This document shows, piece by piece, positions 19,057 through 29,096 of a stretch of DNA of 64,000 nt (position 1 is its first letter; each line of letters begins with the position of its first letter). This stretch comes from Jatrophihabitans sp. (GTDB taxonomy: Bacteria > Actinomycetota > Actinomycetes > Mycobacteriales > Jatrophihabitantaceae), in contig DASSEP010000025.1 of the NCBI GenBank assembly GCA_035695205.1, positions 38,062 to 102,061 on the forward strand, read 5' to 3'. Both the position numbers and the translations under genes were made by a program. The notes beneath the pieces are model-generated. The model made no database searches. It was not told the origin of the DNA and saw only the letters and a list, made by a program, of their open reading frames with translations.

Positions 19057-20193
19057 GTGCCCGGTGGCGATGTCCAGCTGATCGAGCTGGAGAAGCGATT
19101 CGGCGGTGACACGGTCGCCGTGGACGGAATCAACCTGCACATCGCCCCGGGGGAGTTCTTCTCCCTGCTGGGCCCGTCAGGGTGCGGGAAGACGACGACA
19201 CTCCGGCTCATCGCGGGCTTCGAGCAACCCAGCGGCGGGAGCATCCTCCTCGACGGTCAGGACGTGGCCCACACGAAGCCACACCACCGGAACGTGAACA
19301 CGGTTTTTCAGAGCTATGCGCTCTTCCCGTTCCTCTCCGTGTTCGACAACGTCGCGTTCGGGCTTCGCTACCAGCATGTATCCAAGGCAGAAAGCGTCGA
19401 CAAGGTCCGGCAGGCGCTCTCGCTGGTTCAGCTGGAGGGGTACGAAAAGCGCCGGCCCAGCCAGCTCTCCGGAGGCCAGCAACAACGGGTCGCGCTGGCC
19501 CGAGCCCTGATCCTCAATCCCGCGGTCCTGCTGCTGGATGAGCCACTCGGGGCGCTGGACGCGAAGCTCCGGAAGGCACTTCAGATAGAACTGAAGGCTC
19601 TCCAGGAGAGGGTCGGCATCACCTTCCTATATGTGACGCACGATCAGGAGGAGGCCCTCACCATGTCCGACCGCCTGGCCGTCATGTCGGGCGGGAGGAT
19701 CCAGCAGGTCGGCAGCCCGTCCGAGGTTTACGAAGAGCCGGCCACCGCATATGTCGCCGACTTCCTCGGGGTGTCCAACCTGATGTCGGCTGTGGGAGAC
19801 GGCGACGGAACCGTCCGCCTCGGCGATTTCCGGTTCACGGCGGCCCGCGGCGACTGCAAGGCCCGGGGACCGATCAGAGTCGTCGTCCGGCCCGAGCGGG
19901 TTGTCCTCGAGGACCCGGAAACCCCCGGCGACAACCGGATTCCGGGCATGGTCGAGCGTGTCCTCTATGTCGGCCCCGTTCTCCAGGTCCTCGTCCACCT
20001 GGCGCATGGCGAGACGCTGCAGGCGTCGATGCAGAATCGTGGCGGAGACCCGCCCTGGCAGCAGGGAACGGCCGTCAGCGTCCACCTGCCCGCGGATGCG
20101 ATCCGAGTTCTCGTCGACGACACGGAGGTGGCCGACGAGGAGGAGCCGGCGCCAACTGTCGATCGTCAGGGGGACGAGGTGGCGCAGCGATGA
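19057..20193 (+). CDS. Polyamine-type ABC transporter ATP-binding protein (PotA-like)
   Basis: [26 protein letters not shown]-like C-terminus; GGAGG SD. Confidence 0.92.
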   Translation: MPGGDVQLIELEKRFGGDTVAVDGINLHIAPGEFFSLLGPSGCGKTTTLRLIAGFEQPSGGSILLDGQDVAHTKPHHRNVNTVFQSYALFPFLSVFDNVAFGLRYQHVSKAESVDKVRQALSLVQLEGYEKRRPSQLSGGQQQRVALARALILNPAVLLLDEPLGALDAKLRKALQIELKALQERVGITFLYVTHDQEEALTMSDRLAVMSGGRIQQVGSPSEVYEEPATAYVADFLGVSNLMSAVGDGDGTVRLGDFRFTAARGDCKARGPIRVVVRPERVVLEDPETPGDNRIPGMVERVLYVGPVLQVLVHLAHGETLQASMQNRGGDPPWQQGTAVSVHLPADAIRVLVDDTEVADEEEPAPTVDRQGDEVAQR

Positions 20194-20203
20194 AGTACGC
20201 GTC

Positions 20204-21166
20204 CTACGTCAGGTGACCGGCGAGATCCTCCGTCCGGCCGCGTTGGCCGCTGGTGATCCGGCGATAGAGGAACACTCCGACGAAGGCTACGACGAGCGTC
20301 GAGAACAGTAGGAAAGTCGCCGCTGCGTTGATCGCCGGCGTGAGCGTGCCTCGGGAGAAGTTGTAGATCTTCACCGACAGCGGTTCGGTGTTGGCGCCGG
20401 CGGACAGGTACCGAACGGTGATGAAGTCGTCAATCGTGTCGGCGAACACCAGGACGTAGCTGACCAGGATGGCGGGGTACAGCAGGGGGAGCAGGACGCG
20501 ACGGATGGCCTGAGTTGGGGAGGCGCCCAGGTCCGTTGCCGCTTCCTCGTATTCCTTGCCGATCGAAAGCATGCGGGCCCGGACGATGATCACCGGATAC
20601 GAGACCTGATAGGTGACCAGGGAGAGCAACTGGGCGCCGGTCCCGAGATGAACGAACTTCAGCACATAGGTGAAAAAGAGAAACATCGAAATCCCGATGA
20701 CGATCTCGGGAATCACGAACGAGAACAGCATGAGGAAGTTGGCGCCGGCCGGCGCCGGTCCGCGCCAGCGCGAAATGCCGATTGCGAAGGCGACGCCGAT
20801 CGGCACCGCTATGAACATGGTGAGGAACGACAGACGCAGGCTCTGAACCAGCGCGGCGTGCAGTTCCGGGCTCACGAACAGCGCGCCGGTAGGGTCGGTC
20901 TTCGGGTGTCCCCACCACCACTGGGTGGAGAAACCTTGCCAGACGGCGTTCGACCGTCCCGCGTTGAACGAGATGCCGATTGCGATGAGCACCGGCAGCA
21001 GCGACCACGCAAGATAGATCCAGGTGACCGAAGCCAGGATGTACGGCCGGCGCCAGGGGTTTCGCCACCATCGCAGCGGCGTTCTGGCGTTCTTGGAGGG
21101 GGTGAGCAGGGAAGGCCGTGCCCTGCCGCGATCGATCGGGGGCAGCTCGCTGATCGTCTCGCTCAT
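20204..21166 (-). CDS. Polyamine-type ABC transporter permease (PotC-like)
   Basis: EAA motif YEEAATDLGASP; about 6 TM helices. Confidence 0.9.
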   Translation of the reverse strand: MSETISELPPIDRGRARPSLLTPSKNARTPLRWWRNPWRRPYILASVTWIYLAWSLLPVLIAIGISFNAGRSNAVWQGFSTQWWWGHPKTDPTGALFVSPELHAALVQSLRLSFLTMFIAVPIGVAFAIGISRWRGPAPAGANFLMLFSFVIPEIVIGISMFLFFTYVLKFVHLGTGAQLLSLVTYQVSYPVIIVRARMLSIGKEYEEAATDLGASPTQAIRRVLLPLLYPAILVSYVLVFADTIDDFITVRYLSAGANTEPLSVKIYNFSRGTLTPAINAAATFLLFSTLVVAFVGVFLYRRITSGQRGRTEDLAGHLT

Positions 21167-22125
21167 TGGTTCCTCTGCGCCTTCGCCGTTTCACGGATGT
21201 AATACGTCATCGGGATCATCAGGAACGCGACCAGGAAGAGGACCAGGACGGCGGCCTGGGGGCCTTGTCCGCTCGCCTCCATGGCGTTGTCGAGAAGGTT
21301 CCCGTACATCGTGGTCTTCGGGGAGCCCGAAAGCAGATTGTTCGTGTAGTAGTCGCCGAACATGGGCAGCGTCACGATCACCAGGCTGGCGAGGATCGCA
21401 GGTTTCGACAGCGGAAGCGTCACCCGCACAAACGTCCGGAAGGGGCTTGCGCCGAGGTCGCGCGCTGCCTCGAGCTGGCTCTGGTCGATGCGGTCGAGGA
21501 ATCCGTACAGCGGCAGGATCATGTATGGGATGTAGCCGTAGACCAAACCCATCACGACGGTGAACGGCACCCCGGCCAACCAGTTGATCGGATGCGGCGT
21601 GATGTGCAGGAACGTCAGGATGTTGTTCACGTAACCGTTCAGCTGCAGCAGCTCGACCCAGGACAGCATCCGCATCAGGTAGCTGATGAAGAAGGGCGCG
21701 ATGAGCAGGGCCAGGAACAGTCCCTTCCGCTTTCCGCCGAATCTGGCCACGTAGTAGGCGACCGCATAGGCGATCACCAGGCAGATGGCGGTCGCCAGGA
21801 CGACGTAGACGATGGTCCGTATCTCGACGACCCGGAACTCACCGGTGGCGTAGTGCCATTCCTGCGCCAAATACCTACTCGTCCACCACCATGGCTGGTA
21901 GACGGGCACCGGGCTCTGGAAAACGGGATCGACCGTGCCGAACGCGATGGAAAGGACTACGTAGAAGGGCAGCGCGAACAGCACCAGCATCCACAGGGTG
22001 CCGGGAAGCGAGAACGCCGGCCAGTACCAGCGCGGATACCACGCCCCTTCCGCGTCGTCGCGCGACCGCCTGCGCGGTATGACTCTCAGGCGGCGGCGAG
22101 ACGGGGAGGCCGGCTGGTCAGGCAC
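21163..22125 (-). CDS. Polyamine-type ABC transporter permease (PotB-like)
   Basis: QLEAARDLGASP, YGYIPYMILPLY. Confidence 0.9.
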   Translation of the reverse strand: MPDQPASPSRRRLRVIPRRRSRDDAEGAWYPRWYWPAFSLPGTLWMLVLFALPFYVVLSIAFGTVDPVFQSPVPVYQPWWWTSRYLAQEWHYATGEFRVVEIRTIVYVVLATAICLVIAYAVAYYVARFGGKRKGLFLALLIAPFFISYLMRMLSWVELLQLNGYVNNILTFLHITPHPINWLAGVPFTVVMGLVYGYIPYMILPLYGFLDRIDQSQLEAARDLGASPFRTFVRVTLPLSKPAILASLVIVTLPMFGDYYTNNLLSGSPKTTMYGNLLDNAMEASGQGPQAAVLVLFLVAFLMIPMTYYIRETAKAQRNQ

Positions 22126-23458
22126 TGTTGAATGCCTGCCAGACGTTGTGCCAGAGCTGATCCACTTCAGGAGTCAGCTGCTCTTCGAAGTACCCGGTGT
22201 GGAAGTCCTGTTCGCGCACCACCGCGTCGGACATCCACGGGAACACGTATGGCTCCCCGTAGACGCTCTTCGTCGTGGTGAGCGTCGCAGGATCTGCCTT
22301 TCGCTGCGGCGGCTGGTACCCGTTCCAGGTGAAGTTCAGCATTGCGTTCTTGAACGTCATCATCCAGTCGAGGAAGTGGTGCGCTAACACCGGATGCTGG
22401 GCATTGGCCGGGATCGTGATCGTGTCGTTGAAGACGGCGCCCTTGCGGTCTGCCGGGAACCAGTAGCCGAGCGTCTGCCATGTCTTCATGTTCTGCGTCG
22501 GGGTGTACTGCCACGACGCCACGGAGTCGCCCGACCAGGCCTGATGGATATCAAAGGTGCCCTTCGGGATGCCGATGTAGACACCGTTGATGCTGGTCCG
22601 CACATCGACCGCGTTGATCAGTGAAATCAACGTGCTCTGGGCTTTGTCGAGGTTTTTGGGGTTGCCGGTGTTCAGATCGGTGATGCCGTTCTTCAGCAGA
22701 GCCATGGAGATGGCTTCGCGGTAATCGTCGTAGATCCCGACCTTGCCCTTGAACTTGGTGTCCCAGAAGATCTCATAGGAGTTCGACATGCCGCGGATCT
22801 GGGCATCGGGAATGAGGTCGCGCCGGTACCCGATCCCTGTCGTGTATGTCGTGTAGGGCACTGTGTAATGCCACTGCTGGTCATAGAACGGGTTCTGGTA
22901 GGTCTCCCAGACATCACTGACCAGGTGCGGGACGTAGCTGTGGTTGAGCGGCTGCAGCAGCTTGCCGGTGATGAGCTGGCCGAGGATGTCCGGGGTCACC
23001 CCCATGAAGATGTCGAACTGCAGCTGGCCCGTGCGAATCTTCGCCAGGCCCTCGTCCATGTTGTTGAAGGTGGTGATCTGGTAGTTGCAGTTGTATGCCT
23101 CGCAGAACTGCCGAACCACCTTCAGCCAGATGTAGTCGGACCAGTTGTAGATCTGCAGGGTGGCACCCTTTTCCGGGGCGAGGCCCGACTTGACGGGGTC
23201 ACGCCAGAGTTTCCACGTCACAGGCGCGTCCTGCCGTGCCAGGGGGAACGGCGAACCTTTCGGCCAGTAACTGCCTACGCCGGGACCGGCTCCTCGGCTA
23301 CTGCTGGAGGTCGTGGTGGTGGTACCCGGCTTCGTGCAAGCGTCGAGGATTGCCGCTGCGCTGGGTAACGCGAGCGAGGCCGCCGCGGATCGCTTGAGTA
23401 GTTCCCTCCTGGTGATGCCCTCGCGCGGAGCCGGACGCTCCTTGGGGTGTCTTGCCAT
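22118..23458 (-). CDS. Polyamine-type ABC substrate-binding protein (PotD/PotF-like), Tat-exported lipoprotein
   Basis: ITRRELL twin-Arg motif, LDAC lipobox, IYNWSDYI, QAWSGD. Confidence 0.88.
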   Translation of the reverse strand: MARHPKERPAPREGITRRELLKRSAAASLALPSAAAILDACTKPGTTTTTSSSSRGAGPGVGSYWPKGSPFPLARQDAPVTWKLWRDPVKSGLAPEKGATLQIYNWSDYIWLKVVRQFCEAYNCNYQITTFNNMDEGLAKIRTGQLQFDIFMGVTPDILGQLITGKLLQPLNHSYVPHLVSDVWETYQNPFYDQQWHYTVPYTTYTTGIGYRRDLIPDAQIRGMSNSYEIFWDTKFKGKVGIYDDYREAISMALLKNGITDLNTGNPKNLDKAQSTLISLINAVDVRTSINGVYIGIPKGTFDIHQAWSGDSVASWQYTPTQNMKTWQTLGYWFPADRKGAVFNDTITIPANAQHPVLAHHFLDWMMTFKNAMLNFTWNGYQPPQRKADPATLTTTKSVYGEPYVFPWMSDAVVREQDFHTGYFEEQLTPEVDQLWHNVWQAFNSA

Positions 23459-23550
23459 CGCTGCCCACACCTTTCACCAAGCGTTGACCTCTCGAGATCT
23501 CACCTCTCCGACTGGCGAGTCACCGGCATGCTCGCCTGGAGTCCCGCATT

Positions 23551-23566
23551 GACTGAACATTCGGTC
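23551..23566. promoter_or_regulatory. Palindromic operator copy 2
   Basis: GACTGA-ACAT-TCGGTC (1 mismatch) upstream of the binding-protein gene. Confidence 0.65.
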
Positions 23567-23675
23567 AGCAGCTTCTTTACACCGTTCGCGGAGGGAAGAC
23601 AAGGATCCGGGCGTAACGCCCGCCGGGCCGCCGGCCGCGCGCCGTCGGGAGTCGAGCACAGCCGGCGCATGGCTC

Positions 23676-25142
23676 TTACCGGGAACCGACGGCGGCGGCG
23701 AACGTGGCGAAGTTGGCCACGAAGCGGTCGATGTCGGCCTCGTCGTGCTGCACCGATATCAGCCACTGTTCGATCTTGCCCCAGGGCGGAAGGAACACTC
23801 CGCCGTTGTGCTGGAACAGCCAGTGCGCGTGGCTGTACCGGTCATCGATGCCCAGGAAGCCCCGGTAGTCGCGAACCGGCTCCGGTGAGAACACCACGCA
23901 GCCCTTCGCGCCCGCCGACACCACGTGCGCGCGCAGCCCGTGGGCGGCGATCTCCCGCTCCAGTGCGCTTACCGCGCGGGTGCGCAACTCCTCGATGCGC
24001 TGGTAAGCCGTCGGCGTAGCGACCTCGCAGAGCATGGCCCGGGTTGCGGCCATTGCCAGCGGATTGCCGTTGAACGTGCCGACCATCTCGTACCCGCCGC
24101 CCGCGACGTGCGCCATCACCTCGGCGGTGCCGCCGACGGCGGCCACGGCCACGCCTCCGCCGACCGCCTTGGCCAGGCAGACGATGTCGGGGCGAACGTC
24201 GGTCAGCCCAGTTGCCCCGCCAGGCCCAACCGTCAGTCCGGTCTTCACCTCGTCGAAGGTGAGCAGCGCGCCGTGGGCGTGCAGCAGGTCGCGGAGTTCG
24301 GCGAGATAGCCTGGCTCGGGCAGGATGATGCCGGCGTTCATCATGATCGGCTCGAGAATCATCCCCGCGACCCGGCCACGGTTCTCGTCGAGCAGCCGGG
24401 CCACGCACCCGGTGTCGTTGAACGGCGCAACGAGGGTCAAGTCGGTGATCGCCGCGGGGATGCCGCTGCTGGCGACGGCCCGCGTGGGCCGGCTGGCCGG
24501 GCCGACCTCGTCCGCACCGGGAGTCACGGAGACCTGCACCGAGTCGTGATGGCCGTGATAGCAGCCCTCGACCTTGATGATCAGGTCGCGGCCGGTGATC
24601 GAGCGCATCAAGTGGACCGCGTCCATGGTCGCCTCGGTGCCCGAGTTGGCGAACCGCCATTGCGGGAGCCCGAACCGGCGGGCGAGTTCTTCAGCGACGA
24701 TCATTGCGTTCTCGGTCGGCTGGGCGAAGTGCGTGCCGCGCGTGGCCTGGGCGCGGATCGCCTCGACGACGGCCGGGTGCGCGTGCCCGGCCAGGGCCGC
24801 CCCGTAGCCGCCGTGCAGGTCGACGTACTCATTCCCGTCGACGTCGTAGACCTTGGATCCGCGGCCGTAGCTCAGCCAGACCGGCTGGGGAGCGGTGATC
24901 TGCCAGCTCGAGGTGACCCCGCCGGCCAGCGAGCCGCGAGCGCGTGCGGCCATCCGCGCCGACTCCGGTTGCCGCCGCACGAAGATCGCTTCCTGCTCGG
25001 CCACGATATCGGCGAGCTTCTCGCCCACTTCGTCGTCCTGGTAGGCGTCCGCCTGACGAGACCCGTCCGGGCGGAACTCACCTGGAGCGATCTCGTCCAG
25101 GCGGGTGCGCTGACCGGAGCTGCGTTGACCGCCCATGGTCAT
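23676..25142 (-). CDS. Class III PLP aminotransferase (GSA aminomutase-like, likely amine catabolism)
   Basis: DVDGNEYVD, FANSGTEA, YHGHHD, TFDEVKTG, PLP Lys in LAKAVGGG, GTFNGNP. Confidence 0.85.
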   Translation of the reverse strand: MTMGGQRSSGQRTRLDEIAPGEFRPDGSRQADAYQDDEVGEKLADIVAEQEAIFVRRQPESARMAARARGSLAGGVTSSWQITAPQPVWLSYGRGSKVYDVDGNEYVDLHGGYGAALAGHAHPAVVEAIRAQATRGTHFAQPTENAMIVAEELARRFGLPQWRFANSGTEATMDAVHLMRSITGRDLIIKVEGCYHGHHDSVQVSVTPGADEVGPASRPTRAVASSGIPAAITDLTLVAPFNDTGCVARLLDENRGRVAGMILEPIMMNAGIILPEPGYLAELRDLLHAHGALLTFDEVKTGLTVGPGGATGLTDVRPDIVCLAKAVGGGVAVAAVGGTAEVMAHVAGGGYEMVGTFNGNPLAMAATRAMLCEVATPTAYQRIEELRTRAVSALEREIAAHGLRAHVVSAGAKGCVVFSPEPVRDYRGFLGIDDRYSHAHWLFQHNGGVFLPPWGKIEQWLISVQHDEADIDRFVANFATFAAAVGSR

Positions 25143-25152
25143 CTCCTGGTTT

Positions 25153-25168
25153 GACTGAATGGTCAGTC
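25153..25168. promoter_or_regulatory. Palindromic operator copy 3
   Basis: GACTGA-ATGG-TCAGTC 10 nt upstream of the aminotransferase ATG. Confidence 0.7.
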
Positions 25169-25321
25169 TAACTTGGCGCCGGACAGGGCGGCAAGGTGGC
25201 ACGGCGGCTCCATCTCCGGGCCGCGGGCAGTAGAAGCACGGTCACGGCAGCGGCCAGAGGCTAGCGTGGCCCGGATGAACGCCCCGCAGCCTCCGGAGTC
25301 CACGTCTCTGAGGCGCTCTCG

Positions 25322-26557
25322 TTGAGCGCCGGAAGCACTGCCTTGGAGCAACTGCTGCGCGAGGCCCACCTGGCCGCCGGGCACGAGTTGCCCGAGTTGG
25401 CGCGCCGGCATGTCGACGCCTTCGGCGGAGTCGACGTGGTGTTCTACCTGGCCGACCTGCAACAGCGTGTCCTCGTTCCTCTGCCTGAGGTGGGCAGGCC
25501 GGAACGCGATGAGGTGTCGGAGCCGCTGGCGGTCGACTCGACCCTGGCCGGTCGCGTGTTCCAGCGGGTGCAGGAAGTTGTGCAACCGAGCCAATCAGGG
25601 GGCGCGACGATATGGCTTCCGCTGCTGGACGGCACCGAGCGGCTCGGCGTGATGGCGGTGAGTGTCGACGATGCCGGCGATGATCTGTCCGGTGGGCGCC
25701 GTGGCGATCGGTTGCGGTCGTTTGCCTCGCTGATGGCTGAGTTGATCGTGGCCAAGACGGTGTACGGCGATGCCATCGTCCGGTTGCGCAGACAGGCGCA
25801 GATGAGTCTTGCGGCAGAGATGCAATGGTCGCTTCTGCCGCCGCTGACCTTCGCATGTCGGGATGTGACGGTGGCGGCGGCCCTTGAACCGGCCTACGAC
25901 ATCGCCGGCGACACGATCGACTATGCGATTGATGTAGGTGTCGCCCGCTTTGCCGTCTTCGACGGGATGGGCCACGGCCTGGGGAGTGCCCGACTTGTCG
26001 CTCTGGCGGTCGCGGCCTATCGCCACGCACGTCGAGCATTGCGACCGCTGACCGAGACATGTCTGGCGATAGACCGCACGCTCGTCGAGAGCTTCGGCGG
26101 CGCCAGCTTCACCACTGCAATCCTGGCTGAACTGGACAGCAGGCACGGGCTGCTCCACTGGGTCAACGCGGGCCACCCCGAGCCGTTGCTGCTACGCCAC
26201 GGCCGGTTGGTGAAGACGCTGCACGCCGCGCCGCGCCCGCCGCTGGGTGTGGACGTGGCACGGCTGGGGCTCGCGCCGGAACCGGCGGTAGGCACCGAGC
26301 AGTTGGAGCCCGGCGATTGCGTGCTCCTCTACACCGACGGCGTTGTCGAGGCCCGATCCCCGGACGGCCAGTTCTTCGGCGAGGAGCGTCTCGTCGATCT
26401 CATCGTGGGAAGCATGGCCGACGGGCTACCGGCGCCCGAGACGATGCGGCGGGTCGTGCGCGCCCTGCTGGCGCACCAACAAGGGCAGCTCACCGACGAT
26501 GCGACGCTCATGCTGATCCAGTGGCCCACGCCTGACCCCGCCACCCTGCTGCCGTGA
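25322..26557 (+). CDS. PP2C/SpoIIE (RsbU-like) Ser/Thr phosphatase with N-terminal GAF-like region
   Basis: AGDTIDY, VFDGMGHG, VNAGHP, LYTDG, DDAT; TTG start uncertain. Confidence 0.88.
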   Translation: MSAGSTALEQLLREAHLAAGHELPELARRHVDAFGGVDVVFYLADLQQRVLVPLPEVGRPERDEVSEPLAVDSTLAGRVFQRVQEVVQPSQSGGATIWLPLLDGTERLGVMAVSVDDAGDDLSGGRRGDRLRSFASLMAELIVAKTVYGDAIVRLRRQAQMSLAAEMQWSLLPPLTFACRDVTVAAALEPAYDIAGDTIDYAIDVGVARFAVFDGMGHGLGSARLVALAVAAYRHARRALRPLTETCLAIDRTLVESFGGASFTTAILAELDSRHGLLHWVNAGHPEPLLLRHGRLVKTLHAAPRPPLGVDVARLGLAPEPAVGTEQLEPGDCVLLYTDGVVEARSPDGQFFGEERLVDLIVGSMADGLPAPETMRRVVRALLAHQQGQLTDDATLMLIQWPTPDPATLLP

Positions 26558-26584
26558 GATCGTTCGTGGACCCATTCGCGGGCG

Positions 26585-28768
26585 TCACTCGTGTGAGAAC
26601 GTCACGGCCGGCAGGGCGCGGCGCAGCCATCCCGGTGACCACCAGGCGGCCCGCCCGGTCAGCCGCAGCAGCACGGGCAGCAGCAGCAGCCGGACCAGCG
26701 TTGCGTCGAGCAGGACGGCGACGCCCAGGATGATCCCCATCTCCTTCGGTGGCAGCGGCCCGGACAGCGCGAAGGTGAAGAAGACGGCGACCATCATCGC
26801 AGCAGCCGCGAAGATGACTCGACCGGAATGGGCGAGCCCGCCGACCATCGCCTCGCGGGCGTTCCCGGAACGCTCCCAGTGCTCCTTCGCGCTGGCGAGC
26901 AGGAACACGGTGTAGTCCATCGAGATCGCGAAGATCATCGCGAAGAAGAACACCGGGCCCCATGCGTCGAGGAACCCCTGGGGTGTGAACCCGAGTAGCG
27001 AATGCGCGTCTCCGTCCTGGAAGACCAGTCGCGCGATACCGAAGGCCGCGCCGGTCGCGAGCAGGTTCGTCACCACTCCCAGGGCGGCCATCAGCGGCGC
27101 CTGCAACGCGACCAGCAGCAGCAGGAAGCCGAGACCCAACACGAGCCCGATCACCAGCGGTGTCTTGGCCTGCAGCGCCTGCTGCAGGTCGAAGTTCTCC
27201 GCCGCCGCGCCGCCCACCAGAGAGCCGGTCGGCAGCGTCGTCCGGAGCCGCTCGATCGTCGCGCCCAGTCGCGGATCGGACGGATCCACCGTGGGCAGCG
27301 CTTGGATGAGATCCAGCTGCCCGCTCCGGCTCGCCATCGGCGGCAGGACAGCGCCGATGCCCGGGTCGCTGCGCAGCGCCGTCTGCACCGCCGGCGCGTC
27401 ACCGGCGGGTGTGACGATCTGCAGCGCGCCCGGCGCGCCCGATCCGAACGCCTGCTGGACAAGGTCATAGCCCTGGCGGGCGCTGGCGGTCGCGGGCAGC
27501 ACCTTGATCGACGGCATCGCGGTCCGCAGCCCCAGCACCGGCGCGGCCAGCGCGATCAGGACGACGAGCGCACCGACGCCGAAGAGCAGGGGCCGCCGCC
27601 ACAGCCGCGCGGCCCAGGCGGCGAACCGGGCCGAGCGGTGCTCGCCCGTGCGCAGCCACGGCAGCGACGCGGCGTCGACCCGGTTACCCAGCTTCGCGAG
27701 CACCATGGGCAGCAGCGTCAGCGTCGCGGCGAGCACGAAGACCACCGCGAGCATGATCCCGGCGGCCGTCGAGCGGACCGCCGGCGCCGGCACGAGCAAC
27801 ACCGTCGACAGGCTCACCAGCACCGTCAGCCCGGAGAACAACACGGCCTTGCCGGCGGTGTCCATCGTCTCGGCGACCGCTTCGCCCGCTTCGCCCACGT
27901 CGCTCGCGCCGCCGGAGTGTGCCGCGCGGAACCGGACCACGACGAACAGCGCGTAGTCGATGCCGAGGGCGAGCGCGAACATCAGCGCGAAGTTCATCGC
28001 CCAGATGGAAATCGGCGTCAGGTGGGTGAGCAGTTCGAGCGATCCGGCCGCCGCGAGCAGGCCGACCATGGTCAGCAGCAGCGGCAGCCCTGCGGCGACC
28101 AGCGAGCCGAAGGCGACGACCAGGATCGCCAGCGTCACCGGCCAGGAGAACAGCTCGGAGCGCGCCAGGGCCGACCGGTTCGCGGCGTTGAACTCGCTCC
28201 ACAGCGCGGACGCGCCGGTCGCGCGGACTGTCACGCCCGGCGCCGACAGCTTCGTCAGCTCGGGCGTCAGATCGTCGGCAGCGCGCACCATCGTGTTCGG
28301 ACCGGCACCGGCACCGGCAAGGATGATCGCGGTGTGACCGTCGCGGCTGACCGTCACGCCCGCTCGTGGCGGCACGACCGTGGAGATCCGCGAGTCGCCG
28401 CGCAGCAGTGTTTCGGCGCGAGCGATCACGTCGCTCACCGGCGCCGATGACACCGGCCGCGTCGCGTGCACGACTACCTGCAGGGCACTGGACGCGGCAC
28501 CGCCGAACTCGCTCTGCGCGAGGGCACGCACCTTGACCGACTGCGACCCGTCCGCCTGCCAGCCGGCCCCGGAGAGCGCGGTCTCGACCTTGGGCGCGAA
28601 GAAGGCCAGCACGCCGATGACGATGAGCCACCCGAGCCCGACCGCCCGGCCGTGCATTGCAGTCCAACGGCCGAGGCGTCCCAGGGGCCCGAACCGCCGT
28701 TCCGGACGCGGCGGCGAGGACGGAGCCGGCAGGATGGGCTGCTCGGCGGTGGGCGCAGAAGTGGTCAT
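26585..28768 (-). CDS. MMPL (RND) family transporter
   Basis: Two halves with LGIDYALF and ISMDYTVF; TAGKAVLFSG. Confidence 0.9.
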   Translation of the reverse strand: MTTSAPTAEQPILPAPSSPPRPERRFGPLGRLGRWTAMHGRAVGLGWLIVIGVLAFFAPKVETALSGAGWQADGSQSVKVRALAQSEFGGAASSALQVVVHATRPVSSAPVSDVIARAETLLRGDSRISTVVPPRAGVTVSRDGHTAIILAGAGAGPNTMVRAADDLTPELTKLSAPGVTVRATGASALWSEFNAANRSALARSELFSWPVTLAILVVAFGSLVAAGLPLLLTMVGLLAAAGSLELLTHLTPISIWAMNFALMFALALGIDYALFVVVRFRAAHSGGASDVGEAGEAVAETMDTAGKAVLFSGLTVLVSLSTVLLVPAPAVRSTAAGIMLAVVFVLAATLTLLPMVLAKLGNRVDAASLPWLRTGEHRSARFAAWAARLWRRPLLFGVGALVVLIALAAPVLGLRTAMPSIKVLPATASARQGYDLVQQAFGSGAPGALQIVTPAGDAPAVQTALRSDPGIGAVLPPMASRSGQLDLIQALPTVDPSDPRLGATIERLRTTLPTGSLVGGAAAENFDLQQALQAKTPLVIGLVLGLGFLLLLVALQAPLMAALGVVTNLLATGAAFGIARLVFQDGDAHSLLGFTPQGFLDAWGPVFFFAMIFAISMDYTVFLLASAKEHWERSGNAREAMVGGLAHSGRVIFAAAAMMVAVFFTFALSGPLPPKEMGIILGVAVLLDATLVRLLLLPVLLRLTGRAAWWSPGWLRRALPAVTFSHE

Positions 28769-29096
28769 GGCTGAACCTCGCTCGGATGTCGCGGTGTGCG
28801 CGATGCGTGTGCTGCAGCGGCTGGATGGCCGCCGGCGAAGGAAGCATCACGGCGCCGGGGGCTGCCGAACGAGTGGCGATTCCGTACCGCATTGCGCCCG
28901 CGCGTAGATGGGACGAACTCGGCTACAACGCAACGAACCTGCGGGCGTCAGCCCGCCAACCGGGCCGGAGCCGGGTACAGAATCAGTACCAGCAACGCTC
29001 CTCGCGCATGAAGAACGTGACGCGCGGCACCACCGGAGCCGGCATCGCAACCGACTCGGCGATACCGACCGCCGTCCAGCGGGGACGATGGAGCAC

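Noticed and set aside
23676-25142. Calling the aminotransferase hemL
   Set aside because: Motif differences (DEVKTG, GTFNGNP) and the transporter/TetR context argue for a catabolic paralogue.
28769-29096. Small hairpins in the MMPL/yyaL intergenic region
   Set aside because: Only 5-6 bp stems, expected by chance; no convincing ORF or RNA motif.
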